DNA of 64,000 nt from Candidatus Gottesmanbacteria bacterium RIFCSPHIGHO2_01_FULL_40_15 (GTDB lineage Bacteria; Patescibacteriota; Microgenomatia; 2-02-FULL-39-11), in assembly GCA_001779115.1 (NCBI GenBank), contig MFJF01000005.1:142888-206887 (forward strand). Reading direction: 5' to 3'. Position numbers and translations under genes: made by a program. Under the pieces are notes generated by a model. That model was not told where the DNA came from. It saw nothing but the letters and a program-made list of their open reading frames with translations, and made no database searches. How positions within the stretch are numbered: the stretch's first letter is position 1; every line of letters starts with the position of its first letter. Shown in pieces: positions 30,700 to 39,409 of this stretch.

Positions 30700-31155
30700 A
30701 TGAGAACCTTGTTGCAACGCGTGTTAAAAGGCAGAGTTCTTATTGACGGTGAAGTCATCAATGAAATTAATAAAGGGTATGTCATTTTATTGGGAATTTC
30801 CGAAACGGATACTGATAGACAAGTTAATCTGATTGCTGAAAAAACGGCAAATTTAAGGATTATGCCGGACAGTGATGGTAAAATGAACCTGTCCATTCTT
30901 CAAACGGGCGGAGAAATTCTGGTTGTCAGCCAATTCACTTTATACGCGGATTTATCGGCCGGCCGGCGACCTTCATTTCTTAAAAGCGGCAATCCCCAAC
31001 GTGCGGAAAAGTTATATGAACTATTTATCGAAAAGCTGAAAAAAGCGGGTATAAAGAAAGTAGTTTCGGGGAAATTCGGTGCATATATGACTGTCGAGAT
31101 CGTAAATGACGGACCGGTAACAATACTCATTGATTCCGATGAATTTTTAAAATGA
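30700..31155 (+). CDS. dtd: D-aminoacyl-tRNA deacylase
   Basis: LQRV, VSQFTL, RPSF, NDGPVT. Confidence 0.97.
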   Translation: MRTLLQRVLKGRVLIDGEVINEINKGYVILLGISETDTDRQVNLIAEKTANLRIMPDSDGKMNLSILQTGGEILVVSQFTLYADLSAGRRPSFLKSGNPQRAEKLYELFIEKLKKAGIKKVVSGKFGAYMTVEIVNDGPVTILIDSDEFLK

Positions 31156-31167
31156 CTATTAATTTTT

Positions 31168-31248
31168 TTATTTGGGTGCCGGAACGAAGATAAGAACCGC
31201 CAAAAGAACTACAAAAATGGCCGTCATAATGACAACAAGTCTGACCAT
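31168..31248 (-). CDS. Possible 26-aa single-TM microprotein
   Basis: MVRLVVIMTAIFVVLLAVLIFVPAPK; starts 7 nt after the cytidylate kinase stop. Confidence 0.35.
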   Translation of the reverse strand: MVRLVVIMTAIFVVLLAVLIFVPAPK

Positions 31249-31255
31249 AAGTTTG

Positions 31256-31825
31256 TCATTTCATGAGTCCGAGGTTTTTTAAAGCAATATTCAGGGATTC
31301 AGTAGGCCCGTAATAAAAGGTATCAATAACCAGATCATAATATTTGGCATCCCAAAAATTATTAATCTTATAAAGACGTTCCCATTTTTTAAGATTTTCT
31401 TCCTCCCGCCTTTTCAAATGTTCCTTGGCCTGGTCAATTGTCATTTTTTCCCGGTTAACCAGACGGTCAACCCTTAAAGAAAAATCAGAGCAGTCAACGA
31501 ATATTCTAAATATACCTTCAATATTTCTGGCATCATATCCCGACAGCCATGATTCCATAATCAACTGTTTCTCGGTTTTTAATTTTTCCCTGATGTAATT
31601 ATCCAATTTGATATGATAGTCATCGGAAGAAAGATCAGTTCTTTCAAGAGGAATTTGCTTTTCTCTGGCATACTGGCGATATATTTCTCCGCCGTTCCAC
31701 AACCGCCAATTCAAAACTCTTTTTAAACCATGCGATAAAGTTGTAGCCCCGCTGGCAACTCTTCCTGAAACGGTGATGCATCTGTAAGCTATTCCGGCGG
31801 GTTTTTTGTCCATATATAAACTCAA
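31256..31825 (-). CDS. cmk: Cytidylate kinase, archaeal-type family
   Basis: ITVSGRVASGATT (degenerate P-loop), MESWLSG, YDLVIDT. Confidence 0.8.
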   Translation of the reverse strand: MSLYMDKKPAGIAYRCITVSGRVASGATTLSHGLKRVLNWRLWNGGEIYRQYAREKQIPLERTDLSSDDYHIKLDNYIREKLKTEKQLIMESWLSGYDARNIEGIFRIFVDCSDFSLRVDRLVNREKMTIDQAKEHLKRREEENLKKWERLYKINNFWDAKYYDLVIDTFYYGPTESLNIALKNLGLMK

Positions 31826-31873
31826 TATATTAATAATTAAACGGAATAAATATCTTTGGACGGGTGACAGGAA

Positions 31874-32344
31874 TTACTTGACGAGAGTTTTTCCCAGATT
31901 ATCCGCCCAGGAAGCCAATTTTTCTGAATTAGTCTGCTGGTCGAGATAAAATCCGTCTATTTTCAATGAATCAACCGCCAATATCCCTTCCAAATCTTTA
32001 ACAAACTGCTCCAGATGATTAACCGCTCCGCAAAAATACGTATAGGATGAATCTCCCAGTCCTAAAACGGCGAATTTTTTACCGGTTATTTTCTTACCTT
32101 TAAAAAGCTCCATAAACGGCCGGTAATCAGGATGAGGTTGTCCCTCTAAACCTTCATAATCCCAAGTGGAAGAGGCCAGAATTACGGCATCGGCATCAGT
32201 CAGTTCTTCCGGTTGAGTATCACGGACTTCCTTCATTGTCACCTGCAAATTTTGACTCATCAGATGTTCCTGAACTATTTGGGAGGCTAACTGTGTTCCG
32301 CCTGAATTGGTGGCATAGACAAGCAGAATATTCATATTATTCAT
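31874..32344 (-). CDS. Flavodoxin
   Basis: YATNSGGTQ, SSTW, AVLGLGDSSYTYFCGA. Confidence 0.93.
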   Translation of the reverse strand: MNNMNILLVYATNSGGTQLASQIVQEHLMSQNLQVTMKEVRDTQPEELTDADAVILASSTWDYEGLEGQPHPDYRPFMELFKGKKITGKKFAVLGLGDSSYTYFCGAVNHLEQFVKDLEGILAVDSLKIDGFYLDQQTNSEKLASWADNLGKTLVK

Positions 32345-32378
32345 ATTACAATACCTGCCCCCCGGTGACAAGCGACTC

Positions 32379-32407
32379 TTGACAGGTGAACGATCGTTCA
32401 CTATAAT
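32379..32407 (+). promoter_or_regulatory. Consensus sigma70 promoter with LexA-type operator in the spacer
   Basis: TTGACA-N17-TATAAT; spacer holds perfect palindrome GTGAACGATCGTTCAC (GAAC-N4-GTTC core). Confidence 0.9.
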
Positions 32408-32417
32408 AGTATTAATA

Positions 32418-32594
32418 ATGGGAAAAAAAGATAAATTCCGGCCAATGTCAGCTACTTACCTCCGGTTTAAGAAACAGCTTAAAGCCCTGGAAACAGGCCG
32501 GTTGAGGACGGTCAAAAAATTGGCGCTTGAAGCCAGGAGAGAACTTATCCTGAAAAGCCGGGTCAGCCAGTTAAGTTTATCTTTAACAGGTTGA
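32418..32594 (+). CDS. Small basic hypothetical protein, first gene of the lexA cassette
   Basis: 58 aa; ATG 10 nt after the -10 box; stop 3 nt before lexA. Confidence 0.55.
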   Translation: MGKKDKFRPMSATYLRFKKQLKALETGRLRTVKKLALEARRELILKSRVSQLSLSLTG

Positions 32595-32597
32595 ATT

Positions 32598-33170
32598 ATG
32601 AAGCTTGAAACAGCCAAAAATTTAATCAGAAAATTCTTCCGGCAACAGAAAAGACTGCCTTCCTATCAGGAGATGTGCCGCCTTTTCGGTTTTGCCTCCA
32701 AACAGTCCAGTTTCCGCCTGGCGAAAAAACTTGTTGAGGAAGGCACCTTAAAGAAGGACGATAAAGGCAGACTTGTTCCCGGACGTTTATTTTCCGCTCT
32801 GCCTATTGCCGGAATAATTGCCGCCGGCATGCCGAGAGATGCTTCGGAGACTCTTTTAGATTCATTATCTTTTGACGATTATCTGGTGAAAAAACCGGGG
32901 AATTCCTACCTGCTGCGGGTATCGGGCGACTCCATGATTGAAGCCGGCATTAATGAGGGTGACCTGGTGGTAGTTGAGAAGGATAAATTGCCGGGAGAAG
33001 GCGATGTGGTAGTGGCTTTTATAGACGATGAATTTACCCTCAAGCATTTTTCCCGAAAAAATAGCAGAATAGCCCTGTTTCCGGCGAATAAAAAATATCC
33101 GGTGCTCTACCCCAGAAATCAACTGTCGATTTTCGGCACGGTCGTTGCAGTAATCCGGAAATACCACTGA
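32598..33170 (+). CDS. lexA: LexA family repressor (HTH + peptidase S24)
   Basis: PSYQEMC helix, AAG cleavage site, GDSM Ser, FTLK Lys. Confidence 0.88.
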   Translation: MKLETAKNLIRKFFRQQKRLPSYQEMCRLFGFASKQSSFRLAKKLVEEGTLKKDDKGRLVPGRLFSALPIAGIIAAGMPRDASETLLDSLSFDDYLVKKPGNSYLLRVSGDSMIEAGINEGDLVVVEKDKLPGEGDVVVAFIDDEFTLKHFSRKNSRIALFPANKKYPVLYPRNQLSIFGTVVAVIRKYH

Positions 33171-33204
33171 TAATAATTTTTCCCGCCACGGAGGTCACCG
33201 TTTT

Positions 33205-33468
33205 ATGAGTGAAGTCATCAATGAAAAAATCAGCGTTATCTCTTTTTATGACAGGAATAAAGGCAAGAGTTGGCCTGTTAAGTTTTTTTGGCAGGGAAGA
33301 TCCTACAAAATCCGGCAGGTAGGCTATCATTGGCCCGCCAGAATAGGAAGGAAACTGGTTCATATTTATTCTGTTGTGGCCGAAAATAACACCTCATTTA
33401 AACTGGTGCATGATACGGAAACGCTTCACTGGATTTTGGAGGAGGTTATCGATGAATTTGCCACTTAA
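33205..33468 (+). CDS. Small protein, DUF6504-like
   Basis: PVKFFWQGRSYKI...W pattern; GGAGG RBS; overlaps dinB start. Confidence 0.7.
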   Translation: MSEVINEKISVISFYDRNKGKSWPVKFFWQGRSYKIRQVGYHWPARIGRKLVHIYSVVAENNTSFKLVHDTETLHWILEEVIDEFAT

Positions 33469-34705
33469 CCGGAATCGCCCTGCCATTATGCATATTGATC
33501 TTAATTCCTGCTTTGCCTCAGCTGAACAGCAGGCTTATCCGGTTTTGCGGGGAAAACCTCTGGTCATTGCGGCATATACCACACCGGGAGGCTGCGTTGT
33601 CGCCCCTTCGGTTGAAGCTAAACAATTCGGCATAAAAACCGGCATGACGGTGCGGGATGCCAGACTCCTTTGTAAAGATATTATCGTCCGCGACCCTGAT
33701 CCCCAACTTATCCGTGATATCCATCTCAAATTCAGGAAAGTCTTATCCGATTACTCGCCGAATCTTACCCCCAAATCAATTGACGAACTGGTTATAGATT
33801 TTGAAGGGACATTGAGCTTTAAAAGAGGACTTGTTGAGATCGGAAAAGAAATGAAACAGCGGATAAAAAAAGAAGTCGGTGAATGGATTTCCTGCAATAT
33901 CGGCATAGCCACCAACCGGTTCCTGGCGAAACTGGCCGCATCTTTGCATAAACCCGACGGACTGGACATTGTCACCGATAAAAATTTAAGAGAAGTTTAT
34001 GCGTCCCGCACCCTGACGGATCTTAACGGCATTAATACGCGTTATGAGGCGCGGCTGAACGCATGCGGCATATTTACTCCCTTACAGTTTCTTAACGCTT
34101 CTTTGGATATTCTTAAAAAAAGAGTCTTTAAAAGCATCAACGGTTACTACTGGTATTTGAGACTGAGGGGCTGGGAGATAGACGCTGTTGAATTTGCCCG
34201 AAAAAGTTACGGACAGTCATATGCTTTAAAGGAGCAGACGGATGATCCGAAAAAATTAATCCGGTTACTTATGAAGCTTTGCGAAAAAATGGGCCGGAGA
34301 CTCAGAAAGAGAAACTATCAGGCATACGGAATTCATGTGGCTTTAGTTTATACGGACATGACTTACTGGCATATGGGAAGAACCCTTCAGATTCCCCTTT
34401 ATTCAACTGCTGACCTTTACAGAAAAGCAGTCTGGATTTTTAACCGGCAGCCCCAACAAAAAAAAGTCAGGGATTTGGCGGTAAGCTGCTTTCATCTTGA
34501 AAGTACCCAACCGGAACAGCTGGATCTGTTTGATTCGGAGATGAAAAACAATAAAAATGTCATTAAAGCGGTTGATGCGATTAACGACAAATACGGAGAA
34601 CTTATCGTTACTCCGGCCCTGATGATGGGAATGAAAAACGTGATAATTGACAGAATTGCCTTCGGGGGGGTCAGCGAACTGGAAGATATATATTTAGCCC
34701 GATAA
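33452..34705 (+). CDS. dinB: Y-family DNA polymerase (DinB/Pol IV-like)
   Basis: HIDLNSCFASAEQ, SIDE, LAKLAA, KPDG; QLDLF clamp-binding motif; GGAGG RBS. Confidence 0.93.
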   Translation: MNLPLNRNRPAIMHIDLNSCFASAEQQAYPVLRGKPLVIAAYTTPGGCVVAPSVEAKQFGIKTGMTVRDARLLCKDIIVRDPDPQLIRDIHLKFRKVLSDYSPNLTPKSIDELVIDFEGTLSFKRGLVEIGKEMKQRIKKEVGEWISCNIGIATNRFLAKLAASLHKPDGLDIVTDKNLREVYASRTLTDLNGINTRYEARLNACGIFTPLQFLNASLDILKKRVFKSINGYYWYLRLRGWEIDAVEFARKSYGQSYALKEQTDDPKKLIRLLMKLCEKMGRRLRKRNYQAYGIHVALVYTDMTYWHMGRTLQIPLYSTADLYRKAVWIFNRQPQQKKVRDLAVSCFHLESTQPEQLDLFDSEMKNNKNVIKAVDAINDKYGELIVTPALMMGMKNVIIDRIAFGGVSELEDIYLAR

Positions 34706-34777
34706 ATCTTTGACCAAACGGTAGGCATCCCTCCGATAGCGGATCAGTACAATGAATGAATAAACAGGTCAGGTAAG

Positions 34778-35398
34778 TTATTTTTTTATCGCTTCTTCGA
34801 CGGCTTTGTCCAGATCGGTACGGGAAAAGAGATTCAGTTTTTTGCCGTTTAAAAAAAAGGTAGGAGTGGCGTCAACCCCGAATTTTCTGCCGTCTGTAAG
34901 ATCACGGTTAATCTTATCCTGATATTTTTTCTCTTTATAGGCTGCTTCAAAATTTTCTTTATCAAGACCCAACTTTTCAGCGGCTTCAAGAAGAAATTGC
35001 TCAGACAAATTTTCCTGATTTTCAAAAATATAATCATGCATTTCCCAAAATTTACCCTGTTCTCCGGCGGCTTCGGCTGCGAGGGCTGCCGGCCAAGCCT
35101 GTTCATGCTGATCCAAGGGAAAATGCCGGTATGCAAAAACCAGATTATCCTTATTGTCCTCCACAACGTTTTTCACCTGGGGATAAAACGATCCGCAGGC
35201 AGGACACTGGAAATCGGAAAATTCAATCAGACAGTTTCTCGCTTTTTCATTTCCTTTTTTATAAGAATCTGAAGTGAGAATTTCCTGACAAGTGAAAGCC
35301 GGAGCGGGCCGGGACAGGAAAAATATTCCTCCTATAACCAGAATTACCGTTACCAGGACGATACCGATTAAAAATTTTGATTCTCCGCTTAATTTCAC
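34778..35398 (-). CDS. Membrane-anchored DsbA/BdbD thiol-disulfide oxidoreductase
   Basis: EFSDFQCPAC, RHFPL, GVDATPTF. Confidence 0.93.
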   Translation of the reverse strand: MKLSGESKFLIGIVLVTVILVIGGIFFLSRPAPAFTCQEILTSDSYKKGNEKARNCLIEFSDFQCPACGSFYPQVKNVVEDNKDNLVFAYRHFPLDQHEQAWPAALAAEAAGEQGKFWEMHDYIFENQENLSEQFLLEAAEKLGLDKENFEAAYKEKKYQDKINRDLTDGRKFGVDATPTFFLNGKKLNLFSRTDLDKAVEEAIKK

Positions 35399-35838
35399 TT
35401 TGTCCGCCTTTCCAGTTGATACATTTTAAGACCAATAATAAAGATTATCAACATATTCAAAGCAGATATAGCGCACCAGGTACAAACAGCTTTAATATAA
35501 AATATTTCCGTATAAGTAAACCAACCGACAAATAATACTCCGAAAACGGCAATAGCCAGGATTGCTTTCAGAAGTTTTAAGTCTTGGGAAACCGATCTGG
35601 CAAAGGTGAGAATCATCAACACAAAATAGCCGATCAAACCGACCAGGGGTACAGGTATGCCCAAGGGGTAGCTGTAAGGACTTTTTCTGACTATTTCACA
35701 ACCTTCATTGACGCAGACAATTGATGTTTTTTTTATAAAACCGTAAAGCACATAAACGGCTATTATTACGCCGATTATCGACAGGATAAAAACTATCCTA
35801 TTAAGAACTTTTTTTGTTAATTTAATATTTTCAGCCAT
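35395..35838 (-). CDS. Vitamin K epoxide reductase (VKOR) family protein
   Basis: C-x4-C loop, SPYS, CTWC, four TM segments. Confidence 0.92.
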   Translation of the reverse strand: MAENIKLTKKVLNRIVFILSIIGVIIAVYVLYGFIKKTSIVCVNEGCEIVRKSPYSYPLGIPVPLVGLIGYFVLMILTFARSVSQDLKLLKAILAIAVFGVLFVGWFTYTEIFYIKAVCTWCAISALNMLIIFIIGLKMYQLERRTK

Positions 35839-35888
35839 TTATTTTTTATGTCTGGTATTATATATTTAATAAACTTAAGTTTCAATTT

Positions 35889-36101
35889 ATGTGTTTTTCA
35901 ATCCCCTACCGAGTTGAAAAAATTGTAAATAAAACAGCAATTCTTGAAGGCGGAAAAAAAGCCGGAGTTGATGAAAATCTCAAAGTAAAAAAAGGCGATT
36001 ATTTGCAAATCGCCGGGAATATGGCTGTCAGGAAAATTTCTGCCGGAGAGGGACTTAAGATCAGAAGATTAATTAAAACTTTATACAATAATGGAAAATA
36101 A
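35889..36101 (+). CDS. hypC: HypC/HupF-like hydrogenase chaperone (divergent)
   Basis: N-terminal MCFSIP, KKGDYL; adjacent to hydrogenase genes. Confidence 0.7.
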   Translation: MCFSIPYRVEKIVNKTAILEGGKKAGVDENLKVKKGDYLQIAGNMAVRKISAGEGLKIRRLIKTLYNNGK

Positions 36102-37008
36102 TATCAAAAAAGGGGTTATTCTGTCTTTAATAACGGCGGTTATATCGGGAATTGCAATTTTTTATAACAAACAGGTTTTGGTAAAGGGCATCGATCCTTT
36201 AATTTTCAACATCATAAAAAACGGCGGTACCGCGTTAATTTTATCCTTTTTCATTTTGGGAAGAAATCCCCGCATATCAAGCTTGTCAAGGCGGCACCTT
36301 GACAAGTTTGACAAGAGGCTGATACTGATCGGATTGATCGGAGGAAGTCTGCCTTTTATCCTTTATTTTCAGGGTTTAACCGAATCAACGCCGGTTGTGG
36401 CCAATTTAATCCATAAAACACTTTTTATATGGGTAGCCATATTTTCGGTTTCTGTTTTAAAGGAAAAACTGTCATATTATCAAATAATCGGATACCTTTT
36501 AATTATTTTTGCAAATTTTTTTATCGGCGGACTTACCCAATTTAAATTTGGAGTTCCGGAAATTTTCATTTTATCGGCCACTCTTTTATGGTCTTTTGAA
36601 AATATAATTGCCAAAATTGTACTAAAAAAAACAGAAAGCAGCACTGTTGCCTGGGGCAGGATGACATTTGGTACTGTATTTCTTATTTTTATTGCCGTTA
36701 TTTCGGGTAAAGCACAGCTCATTTGGCAGGTTGCGCCTGAACAAATTCTACCAATTTCAGGAAGTATCATTCTGCTGACTTTATACGTAATTACCTGGTA
36801 TAAAGCCCTTAAATATGCTCCGGCAACACTGGTTACGTCGATTCTGATCCTTGCCACACCGGTCACCAATTTTTTATCGGCAGTAACAATTACCCGTGAT
36901 TTTTCACCGATAATTTCCGTTAACTCTTTGGCTGTATTGACCGGTGTTATCCTGATTAGTGTTATTACTTCGGGAAAGTATCAAAGTGCCAGGAAATATT
37001 ATCAGTAA
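36091..37008 (+). CDS. EamA/DMT family transporter
   Basis: About 10 TM segments in two repeats, LKEKLS, YKALKY. Confidence 0.88.
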   Translation: MENNIKKGVILSLITAVISGIAIFYNKQVLVKGIDPLIFNIIKNGGTALILSFFILGRNPRISSLSRRHLDKFDKRLILIGLIGGSLPFILYFQGLTESTPVVANLIHKTLFIWVAIFSVSVLKEKLSYYQIIGYLLIIFANFFIGGLTQFKFGVPEIFILSATLLWSFENIIAKIVLKKTESSTVAWGRMTFGTVFLIFIAVISGKAQLIWQVAPEQILPISGSIILLTLYVITWYKALKYAPATLVTSILILATPVTNFLSAVTITRDFSPIISVNSLAVLTGVILISVITSGKYQSARKYYQ

Positions 37009-37753
37009 CGGCAAACCGATTTGCGGACTTTACCAATGCTGCCGGTTTTCTTATCCGCCAAATTCTCTTTCGTTATGCGGACCGGCTAAAGCTTCAAACC
37101 TCCGGCATTATTCACTAACCGGCTTAACTGATATTGGAACCGCAGAAATTCTGTCACAATTTTCAACTCTTTATCCTTACTTGTGTTTAATTGCATATGA
37201 AAATAAAATCAGCGATCCCTTTGACAATCGGGTAGTTGAAGCCTACTGGCTAGGCAACTCATTACTATACAAAATTAAAAAATCCGCTTTTTATAATCTT
37301 CTAAATGAGAAGCTGTCCTTAAGAAAAAAACTAAACCGGAGTGATTTGGAGATTATTTCCAATAAATTCCGGTATGAATCGGTTCCCCATCATTCCTTCC
37401 ATGTTTTAAACATATATATAAGGACCGGACATTTTGATTTACCGCACACATTAGAAACCATGGACGCCTGTCTAGTCAATTACGGAAAAATTATTTCCAT
37501 CTCCAAGGGAAAAATCAGAATCCGGACACAAAGACTGAAACAATTCAAGGGAAAGCTTTATATGGAAAAAAACTGCATAAAAGAAATAAGTAAACAGGGA
37601 GCACATGACATCCTCTTTCAATCATTATCGGTTGGTGATGATGTCAGTTACCATTGGGGATTTCTGACATCAAGGTTAACTCTGAGGCAACGCGCTAATC
37701 TGAAATATTTTACCGGGTTATCCGTCAATCTGGCCAATGCGAAAAATTTATGA
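36959..37753 (+). CDS. Conserved hypothetical protein, DUF6390-like
   Basis: YPPNSLSLCGP, YPYL, VVEAYWLG, PHHSFHV, DAC, GDDVSYHWG; start uncertain. Confidence 0.75.
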   Translation: MLLLRESIKVPGNIISNGKPICGLYQCCRFSYPPNSLSLCGPAKASNLRHYSLTGLTDIGTAEILSQFSTLYPYLCLIAYENKISDPFDNRVVEAYWLGNSLLYKIKKSAFYNLLNEKLSLRKKLNRSDLEIISNKFRYESVPHHSFHVLNIYIRTGHFDLPHTLETMDACLVNYGKIISISKGKIRIRTQRLKQFKGKLYMEKNCIKEISKQGAHDILFQSLSVGDDVSYHWGFLTSRLTLRQRANLKYFTGLSVNLANAKNL

Positions 37754-38133
37754 AAAGAATAATTTATTGCCTCGGCAATCCACTTATTCAAAAGGACAGT
37801 CTGCCTTTAAAATTAATGCCTCATTTAAAGGCAATTTTACCTTCTTATAATTTTGAAGTATTTGATCCGACTGAGGTAAGCGACATTTCTGATAATTCAA
37901 TATTTCTAGATACAGTTACGGGAATTAATAAAGTTAAAATATTTACCGGCCTGAAGTATTTTTTACTTTCACCCCGCAACAGTGTTCACGACTATGATTT
38001 ACCCCTGTTATTGGGATTAATGCTTAAACTGGGAAAAATAAAAAAATTCAAAATCATCGGTGTCCCGGCAAATTATTCTTTTGAAGAAGCATATGAATCC
38101 GTAAAAGGATGTCTTAAAGATAACGGAATTTAA
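37750..38133 (+). CDS. Hydrogenase maturation protease-like protein (HycI/HybD fold, short)
   Basis: LGNPLIQKD, FLD, SVH and IIGV motifs. Confidence 0.7.
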   Translation: MKRIIYCLGNPLIQKDSLPLKLMPHLKAILPSYNFEVFDPTEVSDISDNSIFLDTVTGINKVKIFTGLKYFLLSPRNSVHDYDLPLLLGLMLKLGKIKKFKIIGVPANYSFEEAYESVKGCLKDNGI

Positions 38134-39406
38134 GGAAATGCGAGGCGCAACTCATACAGGGATCATACGCCCTGACTATTGATTCAATTGTGTGTTCCAG
38201 GGATGATTTGTCCTTAATGGCCGCCATATTATCAATTATGAATTGGCGGATAGATTCTTCAATGCCGATCTGATTTTGTCCGGTGGGAACAACTATCCGG
38301 CCGTTTTTAATCTTTCCGCCTGCGTCAACTTCCAAACGGTAGTAAAGTGTACCGCGCGGAGCTTCAACAACCCCAACACCAATGCTTTCCTTTCTTTGAA
38401 GAACAACCTGACTCTCGGGATAAATTTTGATATTATTGATAATTTCCAGTGAAGAATCAACGGCGTGAAGAATTTCAATGGCCTGGGCTAAATTATTGTG
38501 ATAAATATTTTGTGACGGAAATATTTTGAGATATTTTTCCGTATCTTTTACAGTTCTTTTGTGAAGCTTATCTTTGGCCAGGTTCAAACGGGCCAAAGCC
38601 CCGACCATGTAGGTTTTACCCAAATATTTGTAGCCTGTCGCATGGGAATAAGGAATAATAACTTTTTCCAGATAATCTCCGAATTTTTTCTCCCCGACAA
38701 TATCTCCGTTACTACTAAAAAGAGAACCGGACAGGAACGACAGTTCATCATCAATAAGTGAGGCATACAGTAAATTTTTTCTGAGTAAACGGCCGTCTTT
38801 TTTAAAAAACAGGTCTATTAAATCTAATACCAGAGGTCTTATTTTTTCCAATTGTTCGCCCGTCTTTTTTAAATCATCAGTTAAGGGTAGCCTGGTAAAT
38901 CCCCCGGGGATAATAAAGGGTGCATGGACACTTCTGCCGCCGACTGTTTTACCCAGTTGATTACCGGCTGCTTTTACAATAAACGCATTATGGAGCATCT
39001 GATGCTCTAATGAATCACTTTCATCAAAATCCAGTATTGAATCCTTACCGAAAAGATCAGGCAGTACAAAAACATACAAATGAAGAGCATGATCCCTGAT
39101 AAACAGACCGTAATTTAATAGTTTTCTTAAATTCACTGTCTGAGGGCTGACTGAAACAGCCAAAGCATTTTCAACAGCTTTAACGGCACATAAAAGATGA
39201 GCATTTGAGCAAGTACCGCAGATACGGGCAGTCAACTGGGGAAGCGCGGCAATATCTTTTCCCCTTATAGCCTGAGTATAAAACCTCTTATATTCGGCAA
39301 TGGAAAATTTTATATCCTGAAGTTTTCCGTTCCTAATTTTTATCTCACAGGAAGCTTTGCCTTCAATTTTAGATATATCCGATAATGACAGATCAAGATT
39401 ATGCAT
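38114..39406 (-). CDS. [NiFe]-hydrogenase large subunit, group 3b-related
   Basis: L1 RICGTCSNAH, EAPRGTL, L2 YDPCMSCASH plus 7-aa C-terminal extension. Confidence 0.92.
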   Translation of the reverse strand: MHNLDLSLSDISKIEGKASCEIKIRNGKLQDIKFSIAEYKRFYTQAIRGKDIAALPQLTARICGTCSNAHLLCAVKAVENALAVSVSPQTVNLRKLLNYGLFIRDHALHLYVFVLPDLFGKDSILDFDESDSLEHQMLHNAFIVKAAGNQLGKTVGGRSVHAPFIIPGGFTRLPLTDDLKKTGEQLEKIRPLVLDLIDLFFKKDGRLLRKNLLYASLIDDELSFLSGSLFSSNGDIVGEKKFGDYLEKVIIPYSHATGYKYLGKTYMVGALARLNLAKDKLHKRTVKDTEKYLKIFPSQNIYHNNLAQAIEILHAVDSSLEIINNIKIYPESQVVLQRKESIGVGVVEAPRGTLYYRLEVDAGGKIKNGRIVVPTGQNQIGIEESIRQFIIDNMAAIKDKSSLEHTIESIVRAYDPCMSCASHFLKFRYL

Positions 39407-39409
39407 GGG

